Of a DNA stretch of 64,000 nt, positions 8,843 through 17,209 are shown piece by piece. The notes below the pieces were generated by a model that searched no databases, was not told the origin of the DNA, and was given only the letters and a program-made list of their open reading frames with translations. Position 1 is the stretch's first letter; each line of letters begins with the position of its first letter. The DNA comes from an uncultured Succinivibrio sp. (lineage in GTDB: Bacteria; Pseudomonadota; Gammaproteobacteria; Enterobacterales; Succinivibrionaceae): contig CAAGLL010000013.1 of the NCBI GenBank assembly GCA_900770725.1, forward strand, positions 23,332 to 87,331. The letters are read 5' to 3'. The position numbers were made by a program, and so were the translations under genes.

Positions 8843-11788
8843 ATGTCCGACCAGACCGACAACCACCAGAACGGCGGGGCCCAGGGCGGCGGGGATCAGG
8901 CCCAGTCGCCCGAGACCACCGCGCTGAGCGTCAACACCGGCGTCCAGACGGTCAATCTTGAGGACGAGCTCAAGCAGTCCTTCATCGACTACGCGATGAG
9001 CGTGATAGTCGACCGCGCGCTCCCGGACGTGAGGGACGGCTTGAAGCCGGTCCACCGCCGCGTGCTCTACGACATGTACGACCTCAAGGTCTGGCACAGC
9101 GGCCAGACCAAGAAGTCGGCCCGCATCGTCGGCGACGTGATCGGCCGCTTCCATCCGCACGGGGACACCGCGGTCTACGAGACCATCGTCCGCATGGCCC
9201 AGTGGTTCTCGATGCGCGAGCCGCTGGTGTTCGGCCAGGGCAACTTCGGCGACATCGACGGCGACGGCGCGGCGGCAATGCGTTACACCGAGGTCAAGAT
9301 GACCCGCATCGCCGAGCTGATGCTGCAGGACATCGACAAGGACACGGTCAACACCTATCCAAATTACGACGGCAACGAGCAGATCCCGGAGGTCCTGCCC
9401 ACGAGGTTCCCGAACCTCCTCGTGAACGGCTCCTCGGGCATCGCCGTCGGCATGGCCACGAACATCCCGACCCACAACCTAGGCGAGGTCATCGACGGGG
9501 CCATCGCGGTGCTCGACAACCCGGACATCACGCTTGAGGATCTCATGCGCTGCATCCCGGGACCGGACTTCCCGACAGGCGGCGAAATAGTCGGGCGCGA
9601 GGGCGTCAAGCGCGCCTACGCCACCGGCCGCGGCCGCTGCGTCATCAGGGCCAGGACCCACATCGAGGAGGACAAGTCAGGCCGCAAGACCATCGTGGTC
9701 GACGAGATCCCCTATGTCGTGCACAAGGTGGACATCGTAAAGCAGATTGCCCAGATGGTCCGCGAGAAGAAGATCGACGGCATCGCCGAGATCAACGACC
9801 TCTCGGACAAGAGCAACCCGGTGCGCATCGCCATCGACCTCAAGCGCGACGCCTACGAGGAGGCGGTGCTCAACAACCTCTTCTCCAACACCATGCTCCA
9901 GTCCTCCTTCCCCATCAACATGGTGGCGCTGGTGGACAACCACCCCAGGCTCCTGCCGCTCAAGGACATCCTCGTCGAGTTCGTGAAGTTCCGCCGCGAG
10001 GTCGTGACCCGCCGCACCGTGTTCCTGCTCCGCCAGGACCGCCGCAAGGCGCACGTGGACGAGGGATTGATGGTGGCCAAGGCCAACATCCAGAGGGTCA
10101 TCGACCTCATCACCTCCTCCCAGAACCAGGACGAGGCCCGCGACAAGCTGATGGCCGAGGAGTGGAACGCCTCCGAGATCAAGCCGCTCATCGCGCTCGA
10201 CGAGCACGGCGTCAACATCGCGCTGCCCCAGGGCGTTCCCGCCGACCGCGGGATCCACGGCGGCAGCTACTTCCTCTCCGAGGTGCAGGCCAGGGCGATC
10301 CTCGCCCTGCAGCTCTCGCGCCTGACCCACCTGGCGCAGGACGAGATCCGCGGCGACTACGCCTCGCTTCTTGAGAACATCAGGGGCTACCTTGAGATCC
10401 TCAACAACCCCGAGCGCATGAAGCAGGTGATCCGCGACGAGATGCTCGAGGTGAAGAAGGAGTACGGCAACCCGCGCCGCACCGGCTTCACCGCCGACAC
10501 CGGCTCGTTCGACAAGGGCGATCTCATCGCCCGCCAGGACGTCATCGTGACGCTCTCCAACGAGGGCTACGTCAAGTACCAGGACATCGCCTCCTACGAG
10601 TCGCAGCACCGCGGCGGCAAGGGCCGCCTGGCCGCGCGCCTCAAGGACACCGACTACCTGACCTCGATAGTCGTGGCCAACACCCACGACCTGCTGATGT
10701 GCTTCACCTCGCGCGGGCGCGGCTTCATCACCATCGTCTACGATCTGCCCACCTCCGAGAACCGTACCTGGAGGGGCAGGCCGGTGCAGAACATCTTCAA
10801 GCTCGACGAGGGCGAGAAGATCACCGCGATGCTGCCGATGCCCGACGACGAGGAGGAGCTTGAGAGCACCTACTTCTTCCTGGCCACCAAGTTCGGCCGC
10901 ATCAAGAAGGTCCGCCTCTCGCAGTTCAAGAGCTTCATCGGCCGCATGAACGACTCGGGAATCAAGGTCGTGTCGCTCGCCGAGGGCGACGAGCTCATCG
11001 GCGCCGAGCTCTCCTCAGGCGACGACGACGTCTACCTGTTCGCCTCCAACGGCAAGGCGCTGCACTTCTGCGACTACTGGAAGGGCTCCGCCGGCGACTC
11101 CGCCGGCGACTCCGACGATGACGCGTCCGACAGCGCCTCCGACACCGCCTCCTCATCAGATGACGACGAGGGCGAGGTCGGCGCGGCCGACCGCCACGGC
11201 GGCGACGGCCTGCGCCCGTCCGGGCGCGGCTCGGGCACCGTGAGCGGCATCAAGCTCATCGCGGGCGCTTCCTGCGTCTCGCTCATGGTGCTGCCGCCTG
11301 ACGATCCGTGCAAGGAGTGCCTGATCGTCGGCTCCAACGGCATCGGCAAGCGCATGGCGCTCTCGGACATCCCGCTGAAGATGCACCGCGGCTCGCAGGG
11401 CGTGTTCGTGCTCAAGGGCACCGGGAAGGCCGGCGACGTCATCGGCGCCGTGAGGGCCGCCTCGGACAGCGAGTTCATGCTCATAACCGACCACGGCCAG
11501 ATCATCCGCTCCCCGATGGAGAGCATGGCCACTTACAGCCGCGCCGCCACCGGCACGATCCTGATGCGCCCGGCCGAGGGCGAGAAGGTGATCGCCGTGC
11601 AGTCGATCCCAGGCGACGTGGTCGAGAACTCCCGCCGCACCTCCGAGGCCCGCTCGCTTGAGCGCAAGGCCCTGAAGGAGCAGGAGGAGGCCGCAAAGGC
11701 CCAGGCGGCGTCTCAGGCGCAGCAGGAAGAGCCCTCGGACGCAGGCGCGCCTGAAGGCGATGGCAATGAAGACAATGGAGACATCTGA
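8843..11788 (+). CDS. gyrA: DNA gyrase subunit A
   Basis: DYAMSVIV.RALPDVRDGLKPV, HPHGD, AAAMRYTE (catalytic Tyr), GyrA-box QHRGGKG. Confidence 0.97.
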   Translation: MSDQTDNHQNGGAQGGGDQAQSPETTALSVNTGVQTVNLEDELKQSFIDYAMSVIVDRALPDVRDGLKPVHRRVLYDMYDLKVWHSGQTKKSARIVGDVIGRFHPHGDTAVYETIVRMAQWFSMREPLVFGQGNFGDIDGDGAAAMRYTEVKMTRIAELMLQDIDKDTVNTYPNYDGNEQIPEVLPTRFPNLLVNGSSGIAVGMATNIPTHNLGEVIDGAIAVLDNPDITLEDLMRCIPGPDFPTGGEIVGREGVKRAYATGRGRCVIRARTHIEEDKSGRKTIVVDEIPYVVHKVDIVKQIAQMVREKKIDGIAEINDLSDKSNPVRIAIDLKRDAYEEAVLNNLFSNTMLQSSFPINMVALVDNHPRLLPLKDILVEFVKFRREVVTRRTVFLLRQDRRKAHVDEGLMVAKANIQRVIDLITSSQNQDEARDKLMAEEWNASEIKPLIALDEHGVNIALPQGVPADRGIHGGSYFLSEVQARAILALQLSRLTHLAQDEIRGDYASLLENIRGYLEILNNPERMKQVIRDEMLEVKKEYGNPRRTGFTADTGSFDKGDLIARQDVIVTLSNEGYVKYQDIASYESQHRGGKGRLAARLKDTDYLTSIVVANTHDLLMCFTSRGRGFITIVYDLPTSENRTWRGRPVQNIFKLDEGEKITAMLPMPDDEEELESTYFFLATKFGRIKKVRLSQFKSFIGRMNDSGIKVVSLAEGDELIGAELSSGDDDVYLFASNGKALHFCDYWKGSAGDSAGDSDDDASDSASDTASSSDDDEGEVGAADRHGGDGLRPSGRGSGTVSGIKLIAGASCVSLMVLPPDDPCKECLIVGSNGIGKRMALSDIPLKMHRGSQGVFVLKGTGKAGDVIGAVRAASDSEFMLITDHGQIIRSPMESMATYSRAATGTILMRPAEGEKVIAVQSIPGDVVENSRRTSEARSLERKALKEQEEAAKAQAASQAQQEEPSDAGAPEGDGNEDNGDI

Positions 11789-12874
11789 ATGAGATCCTGG
11801 AATTTCACCGCAGGGCCGTGCACCCTGCCACTGGAGGTCATGGAGAAGGCGCAGCGCGAGTTCCTCGACTACGCGGGCATGGGAGCCGGCATCATCGAGA
11901 TCTCGCACCGCAGCCCCCAGTTCGATGCCATAGCCAAGGGCTCTGAGAAGCTCTTGCGTGAGCTCATGGGGATCCCCGACAACTACAAGGTGATCTTCCT
12001 GCAGTCAGGCGGCCGCGGCGAGTTCGCCGCCGTACCGTTGAACCTCATGCCCGAAGGCGGGGTAGCCGACTACTTCGTGACAGGCCACTGGTCGCGCTGC
12101 GCCTACAAGGAGTGCGACGAGCGCTACGGCCGCGCCGTGCTCCACGAGTGCGCGGTCAAGGACGCTGACGGCATGGTCCACATCGACTACAGCCGCATGC
12201 AGGTCTCCGAGGGCGCCTCCTACGCCTACATCTGCTTCAACGAGACCGTCAACGGCATCGAGTTCGACCGCATCCCCGACACCGGCCGCGTGCCGCTGGT
12301 CGCGGACATGTCCTCGGACATCCTCACGCGCAAGGTCGACGTCTCCAAGTTCGGCGCCATCATCTTCGGCGTCCAGAAGAACGTCGCCCCGGCAGGCCTG
12401 GTCGTGGCGATCGTCCGCGACGACCTCGTGGGCCATGCCCGCAAGTACTGCCCGTCGATCCTCGACTGGAAGGTCATGAGCGACCACGACTCGCTCTACA
12501 ACACCCCCTGCGTGTTCTCCTGGTACATGGCAAACCTCGTGTTCGAGTGGATCAAGGGCTTAGGCGGCGTCGAGGAGCTTGAGAGGCGCAACATCGAGAA
12601 GTCCTCGATGCTCTACAAGTACATCGACTCGTCTGACATGTACCGCAACATCATCGCCCCGGATTCGCGCTCGCGCGTCAACGTGGTGTTCAACCTGCGC
12701 GACGAGGCCCTGAACAAGGAGTTCTTAGACGGCGCGGCCGAGCACCACATGATAGGCCTCAAGGGCCACAAGGTCCTGGGCGGCATGAGGGCGTCGCTCT
12801 ACAACGCGATGACCCTCGACGGCGTGAAGGCGCTCGTCTCCTACATGGACGAGTTTGCCAAGGCGCACGCCTGA
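11789..12874 (+). CDS. serC: Phosphoserine aminotransferase
   Basis: NFTAGP, EISHRS, NETVNG, ADMSS, GVQKN (PLP Lys), YNTP, GMRASLYNA. Confidence 0.95.
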   Translation: MRSWNFTAGPCTLPLEVMEKAQREFLDYAGMGAGIIEISHRSPQFDAIAKGSEKLLRELMGIPDNYKVIFLQSGGRGEFAAVPLNLMPEGGVADYFVTGHWSRCAYKECDERYGRAVLHECAVKDADGMVHIDYSRMQVSEGASYAYICFNETVNGIEFDRIPDTGRVPLVADMSSDILTRKVDVSKFGAIIFGVQKNVAPAGLVVAIVRDDLVGHARKYCPSILDWKVMSDHDSLYNTPCVFSWYMANLVFEWIKGLGGVEELERRNIEKSSMLYKYIDSSDMYRNIIAPDSRSRVNVVFNLRDEALNKEFLDGAAEHHMIGLKGHKVLGGMRASLYNAMTLDGVKALVSYMDEFAKAHA

Positions 12875-12891
12875 GAGAGGCAGGAGGGGCG

Positions 12892-14637
12892 ATGGCGGAG
12901 ACGAAAGCAGGGCAGGGAGCGGCCGCGGGGCACCGCGACAAGAGGCGCCCGTGGCTTGAGAGCTACCCTGAGAACGTCCCTGACGAGATCACGGTCGAAC
13001 CCTTCGAGAACATCCCCGACCGGCTTGAGAAGATCTGCGCGCAGTACGCAAGGCACAAGGCCTTCACGAGCTTCGAGCACAGCGTCACCTACGACGAGTT
13101 CCACAGGATGGTCAGGCGCCTGGCCGCGTACCTCCAGGTCGACCTGGGGCTGCGCAAGGGCGAGACGCTCGCGATCATCATGCCAAACCTCATCCAGTAC
13201 CCGGTGAGCGTGTTCGCAGGGCTGATGTGCGGCCTCAAGGTGGTCAACATCAATCCGCTGTACACCGCGCGCGAGATCGGCGGGATCCTCCAAGGCTGCG
13301 ACGCGGCCTGCGTCATCGCGCTGAACACCGTGGGGCAGCGGCTCGAGGAGGTCTCGCGCACGCTGCCGCTGCGCCACGTCATCATCACGGGCCCCGGGGA
13401 TCTCCTGGGCCCCGTGCGCGGCCCGCTTTTGAACTTCGCGGCATCCTACATCGCCCACGCGGTGCCGCACTATTTCTTAAGGAAGGCCGTCCAGTTCCGC
13501 GCGGCGCTCTCCCGCGGGGACCCCAGCCTCCTCACGCGCGTCCCGCTCAAGGGCTCGGACGTCGCCTTCCTCCAGTACACCGGCGGCACCACCGGCAAGC
13601 CCAAGGGCGCGATGCTCACGCACACGAACCTCATCGCCAACGTCAGGCAGTGCCTGGCGATGTACGGCTCGGTGCTCGAGATGGGGCGCGAGACCATGCT
13701 CACGCCGCTGCCGCTCTACCACGTGTTCTCCATGACCGTGAACCTGATGCTCCAGGTGTCCATCGGCGCCGACAGCATCCTCATCATGGATCCGCGCCGC
13801 TTCCGCAGCTTCCTCAAGACCATCAAGCGCCACCCCGAGATCTCGGTGATGACGGGCGTCAACACGCTCTTCGCCGCTATGGTCGACCACGGGGTGTTCA
13901 CGCGCCGCTACCCGATGAAGCACCTGCGCCTGGCAGTAGGCGGCGGCGCCGCCGTGCAGTCGGGCGTCGCCGAGCGCTTCTACAAGGCCTCCGGGCAGCA
14001 CATCCTCGAAGGCTACGGCCTGACCGAGTGCTCGCCGGTGGCCTGCGTCAACCCCTACACCTCGCGCGTGTTCACCGGCTCCATCGGGATCCCGCTGCCC
14101 TCGACGCTGGCGCGCATCGTCTCGCTCGACGACGGATCGGAGATCTGGGAGGAGGGCAAGGCAGGCGAGCTTGAGTTCAAGGGCCCGCAGGTCATGGCCG
14201 GCTACTACCGCAACGAGGCCGAGAACGCCCGCGTGCGCGACGACGGCTGGCTGCGCACCGGCGACATCGCAGTCTGGCAGCCAGGCGGCTACCTCAAGAT
14301 AGTCGACCGCATCAAGGACATGATCATCGTCTCAGGCTTCAACGTCTTCCCCTCTGAAATAGAGGACGTGGTCTCGCACCTGCACAAGGTGCGCGAGTGC
14401 TGCGCCGTGGGCGTGCCGTCGGACAAGACCGGCGAGGCGGTCAAGCTCTTCATCGTCAAGCGCGATCCCTCGCTCACCGAGGAGGAGGTCCACGTCTACT
14501 GCAAGGCCTACCTCACCGGCTACAAGCGCCCGAAGATCGTCTCCTTCGTCAAGTCGCTGCCCAAGTCCCCGGTTGGCAAGGTCATGCGCCGCTACCTCCA
14601 GGATCCGGCTTATCTTGAGAAGCACAAGAATGGCTGA
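12892..14637 (+). CDS. fadD: Long-chain fatty acid-CoA ligase
   Basis: LQYTGGTTGKPKG, EGYGLTE, LRTGD, DRIKDMIIVSGFNV, PKSPVGK; adjacent to rnd. Confidence 0.9.
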   Translation: MAETKAGQGAAAGHRDKRRPWLESYPENVPDEITVEPFENIPDRLEKICAQYARHKAFTSFEHSVTYDEFHRMVRRLAAYLQVDLGLRKGETLAIIMPNLIQYPVSVFAGLMCGLKVVNINPLYTAREIGGILQGCDAACVIALNTVGQRLEEVSRTLPLRHVIITGPGDLLGPVRGPLLNFAASYIAHAVPHYFLRKAVQFRAALSRGDPSLLTRVPLKGSDVAFLQYTGGTTGKPKGAMLTHTNLIANVRQCLAMYGSVLEMGRETMLTPLPLYHVFSMTVNLMLQVSIGADSILIMDPRRFRSFLKTIKRHPEISVMTGVNTLFAAMVDHGVFTRRYPMKHLRLAVGGGAAVQSGVAERFYKASGQHILEGYGLTECSPVACVNPYTSRVFTGSIGIPLPSTLARIVSLDDGSEIWEEGKAGELEFKGPQVMAGYYRNEAENARVRDDGWLRTGDIAVWQPGGYLKIVDRIKDMIIVSGFNVFPSEIEDVVSHLHKVRECCAVGVPSDKTGEAVKLFIVKRDPSLTEEEVHVYCKAYLTGYKRPKIVSFVKSLPKSPVGKVMRRYLQDPAYLEKHKNG

Positions 14638-15784
14638 AGCGCGTTTTGAGCTCTGCGACACGGACGGGCGCGTGAAGGCGCTCGCCGAGGCTATCTCGCA
14701 GTCAGGCAGCGAGGGCTTCATCTCGCTTGACACCGAGTTTGAGCGCACCAAGACCTTGATCCCCAAGGCCGCGGTGATCCAGCTGCGCTTCGACAATGAG
14801 ACCTATCTTGCAGATCCGGTCTCATGCAGCATCGACGAGGTGATCTCAGCGCTCTGCCGCACCAAGCGCACCGTGCTGATGTTCTCAGCGCGCGAGGATC
14901 TCGAGGTCATAGCCGCGCTCTCCAAGGCCGCGGGCATCGAGCCCAGGCTGCCTGCGAACATCGAGGATCTCCAGCTCATGGGGGCCTTCTTGGGGCGCGG
15001 GCACATGCTGGGGCTTGCCGCCTGCGTGCAATCCGAGCTTGGCGTCACGCTTGAGAAGGCCGAGACCCACTCCGACTGGCTCTCCCGCCCGCTTACCGCC
15101 TCCCAGCTTGAGTACGCCGCGCTCGACGTGCTCTACCTTGAGGATCTCAGGGAGAGGTACGTCCACGGCCTGCAAGAGGGCGACCGCAGGCTCTCGTGGT
15201 TTTCAGATGAGATGAAGTCCATGTGCGCCGACGCGCTCAAGGAGCCCGTCCCCTCGGAGCTCTACCGCCAGGTGCAGGGTGCGGGGGCGCTCAACCGCCG
15301 CGCGCTGCAGCGGCTGTGCTACCTCTGCGCCAAGCGCTACGAGTACGCGCAGGAGCACAACGAGGCTCTAAACCGCGTCATCACCGGCAAGGCCTTGTGC
15401 TCCATAGCCGAGCACACTCCGCTCACCACCCAGGGGCTGGCCTCCTGCGGCGTGAACTGGGGCGCGGTGCGCCAGCACGGGCACCTTATAATCACCTGGG
15501 TCAAGGAGGCCATGGCGCTGCCTGAAGAGGACGTGGCGCCCGCCTACGACGCCTACAGCCCAGGCAGGGCGCTGCGCTCGAGCGCCGAGGGCATGAAGCA
15601 CGTGCTCACCTCGGCTGCGCGCAAGGCCGGGATCGCCCCCGAGCTCATCTGCACCAAGAGGCTCATCAACGACTACTTCTACGCCCGCCGCACCGGCGGC
15701 ACGCCCAAGCTCGACTCCGGCTGGTGCCGCGAGTGCTTAGGCGGCCTCGATCTCAAGGCCGCAGCCTATGGCAAGCACCACTGA
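14630..15784 (+). CDS. rnd: Ribonuclease D
   Basis: DEDDy motifs LDTEF, EDLE, SDWLSRPL, YAALDV; HRDC-like region; follows fadD. Confidence 0.88.
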   Translation: MAEARFELCDTDGRVKALAEAISQSGSEGFISLDTEFERTKTLIPKAAVIQLRFDNETYLADPVSCSIDEVISALCRTKRTVLMFSAREDLEVIAALSKAAGIEPRLPANIEDLQLMGAFLGRGHMLGLAACVQSELGVTLEKAETHSDWLSRPLTASQLEYAALDVLYLEDLRERYVHGLQEGDRRLSWFSDEMKSMCADALKEPVPSELYRQVQGAGALNRRALQRLCYLCAKRYEYAQEHNEALNRVITGKALCSIAEHTPLTTQGLASCGVNWGAVRQHGHLIITWVKEAMALPEEDVAPAYDAYSPGRALRSSAEGMKHVLTSAARKAGIAPELICTKRLINDYFYARRTGGTPKLDSGWCRECLGGLDLKAAAYGKHH

Positions 15785-15944
15785 ACCACCCATCCGAGGC
15801 CTGGGCAGCCGGGCCTTTTCCTTGTTTTTCTCTTTGCTCTGAAGGCATTGGAGCGCAAAGCCGCAGGCAAGCTGCGTGGCTCATATGGAGATGTGATGCT
15901 TTCCTGGATCTTGCAGGAAGGAAGGGGAAAAGGCAGTGCCTGAA

Positions 15945-16245
15945 ATACAGAACAGCCGCGGGGAAACCCCCAGCGGCTGCCTGCTAAACGGCTTGTATCC
16001 GGGACATGGCGCGGTGCTTGTGTTAGCTCTTCAAACAGACTTCACCGCGCCAGACGATCCCCGCCGTTCACGTGCCAGATGGGGACTTTTTGTCGATTGG
16101 AGAGCGGCCGAACAAGCAGGGGATTACGGCCCCCGGTTGCGCTGGACCACTTCATGGTCTGTGCCTCACCTGACACTGTTGATGTTAGGTGCACCCTGGC
16201 GCTAATTCCACCACAGGTCTTCAGACTTGCCTGCGCCGTCACAAA
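15945..16245. ncRNA. Candidate large structured non-coding RNA (or ssDNA) element of unrecognised family
   Basis: At least seven nested stems in 300 nt of intergenic DNA with no credible ORF; see findings. Confidence 0.65.
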
Positions 16246-16382
16246 AAAAGCTGTAAAGTACGCTCTCCACCTTTAAAAATGTGCCATCGATCATAAAACA
16301 ACTCGTTGATTTAAAAGCTGTATAACCAACATACAAGTTGTTTTTGCGGTCAACTTGATGCATGAAGCAAAGGCCAGAATTG

Positions 16383-17066
16383 TCAGAAAGGGCGGGAGTT
16401 TACGAGCGCGCGCACGGCCCTTGCGGTGCGCCAGATCTCCTGCACCCCGTGATCCCCCGAGTTGAGCTCGAAGCGCACCCCGGCGCCGAGATCGGAGGCG
16501 GTCTTAGCGCACTCGCGCGCCGCCTCCTCGGTGCGGGCGACCTGCGGATCGGGGGCGCGCTTCTCGCGATCGCCAACTGAGATGTAGACGCGCTCGGGGC
16601 GGGCCTTGAATCCGTGCTCCTTCAGGTAGGAGGAAAAGCCCGGGTACCACAGCGAGCCCGAGACGCTGCCGATGCGTGTGAAGAGATCAGTCTGCGTGGA
16701 CGCCCAAAGCGAGAAGAGCCCCGCCATCGAGTAGCCGCAGAGCACGCGCGTCCTGGGCTTCTCCCCCAGGATCTCATCGGCCATTGGAACGAGCGTCCCC
16801 GCGAGCAGCTTTAAGAAGTCCACCGCTCCCGGACGGAAGAGCCAGGCGTGGCGGAGCGTGAGCTCGGCCTTCCAGGGCGTCATGTCGGAAAACCAGCTCA
16901 GGTCGCTTATGCAGACGAGGTGGTGGGCGTGGCAGGGGATCTTCGCTATCTCCTTTAAGAGCGCTTGCTGACAGTCCTCGTAGAGCGGCACGTAGCAGGC
17001 GGGGAGATCCCTGCCTTCAGCCTTGAACACCGTGACGGTCCTGCCGCCTGCCTCAAACTGCTCCAT
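16383..17066 (-). CDS. Alpha/beta hydrolase, putative esterase (IroE/BesA-like)
   Basis: GYSMAG nucleophile elbow, SVSGSLWYPGF, YISVGDRE, LNSGDH; start ATG 17066 after GGGAGG. Confidence 0.85.
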   Translation of the reverse strand: MEQFEAGGRTVTVFKAEGRDLPACYVPLYEDCQQALLKEIAKIPCHAHHLVCISDLSWFSDMTPWKAELTLRHAWLFRPGAVDFLKLLAGTLVPMADEILGEKPRTRVLCGYSMAGLFSLWASTQTDLFTRIGSVSGSLWYPGFSSYLKEHGFKARPERVYISVGDREKRAPDPQVARTEEAARECAKTASDLGAGVRFELNSGDHGVQEIWRTARAVRALVNSRPF

Positions 17067-17156
17067 GCGCCCTCCCTTGAAAACCTGCATGCACCGCCAT
17101 CCATTTTAGCCTTTGGCGCCTTCCTCAAGGGCCGCGGTGCGGGGCAGGGGATAACG

Positions 17157-17181
17157 AAAAAGCCCGGGCATCTGCCCGGGC
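17157..17181 (-). terminator. Intrinsic terminator of the sodium/sugar symporter
   Basis: GCCCGGGCA/TGCCCGGGC stem followed by a T-run on the minus strand. Confidence 0.7.
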
Positions 17182-17209
17182 CTTGGTGCTTTAGCTTGCC
17201 TTTTGGAGA

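Noticed and set aside
9161..9181. GyrA QRDR has Thr and Glu at E. coli positions 83 and 87
   Set aside because: Both residues occur naturally in wild-type type II topoisomerases; not evidence of acquired quinolone resistance
16139..16213. CCACCA after a multi-stem junction, suggesting a tRNA or tmRNA 3' end
   Set aside because: No TTC(R)A T-loop at the right distance, no D-arm and no matching acceptor stem
15936..16276. Short ORFs across the structured element (15936-16205 +, 16042-16242 -, 16079-16276 +)
   Set aside because: No host codon bias, no clear RBS, no recognisable motifs; base pairing explains the sequence better
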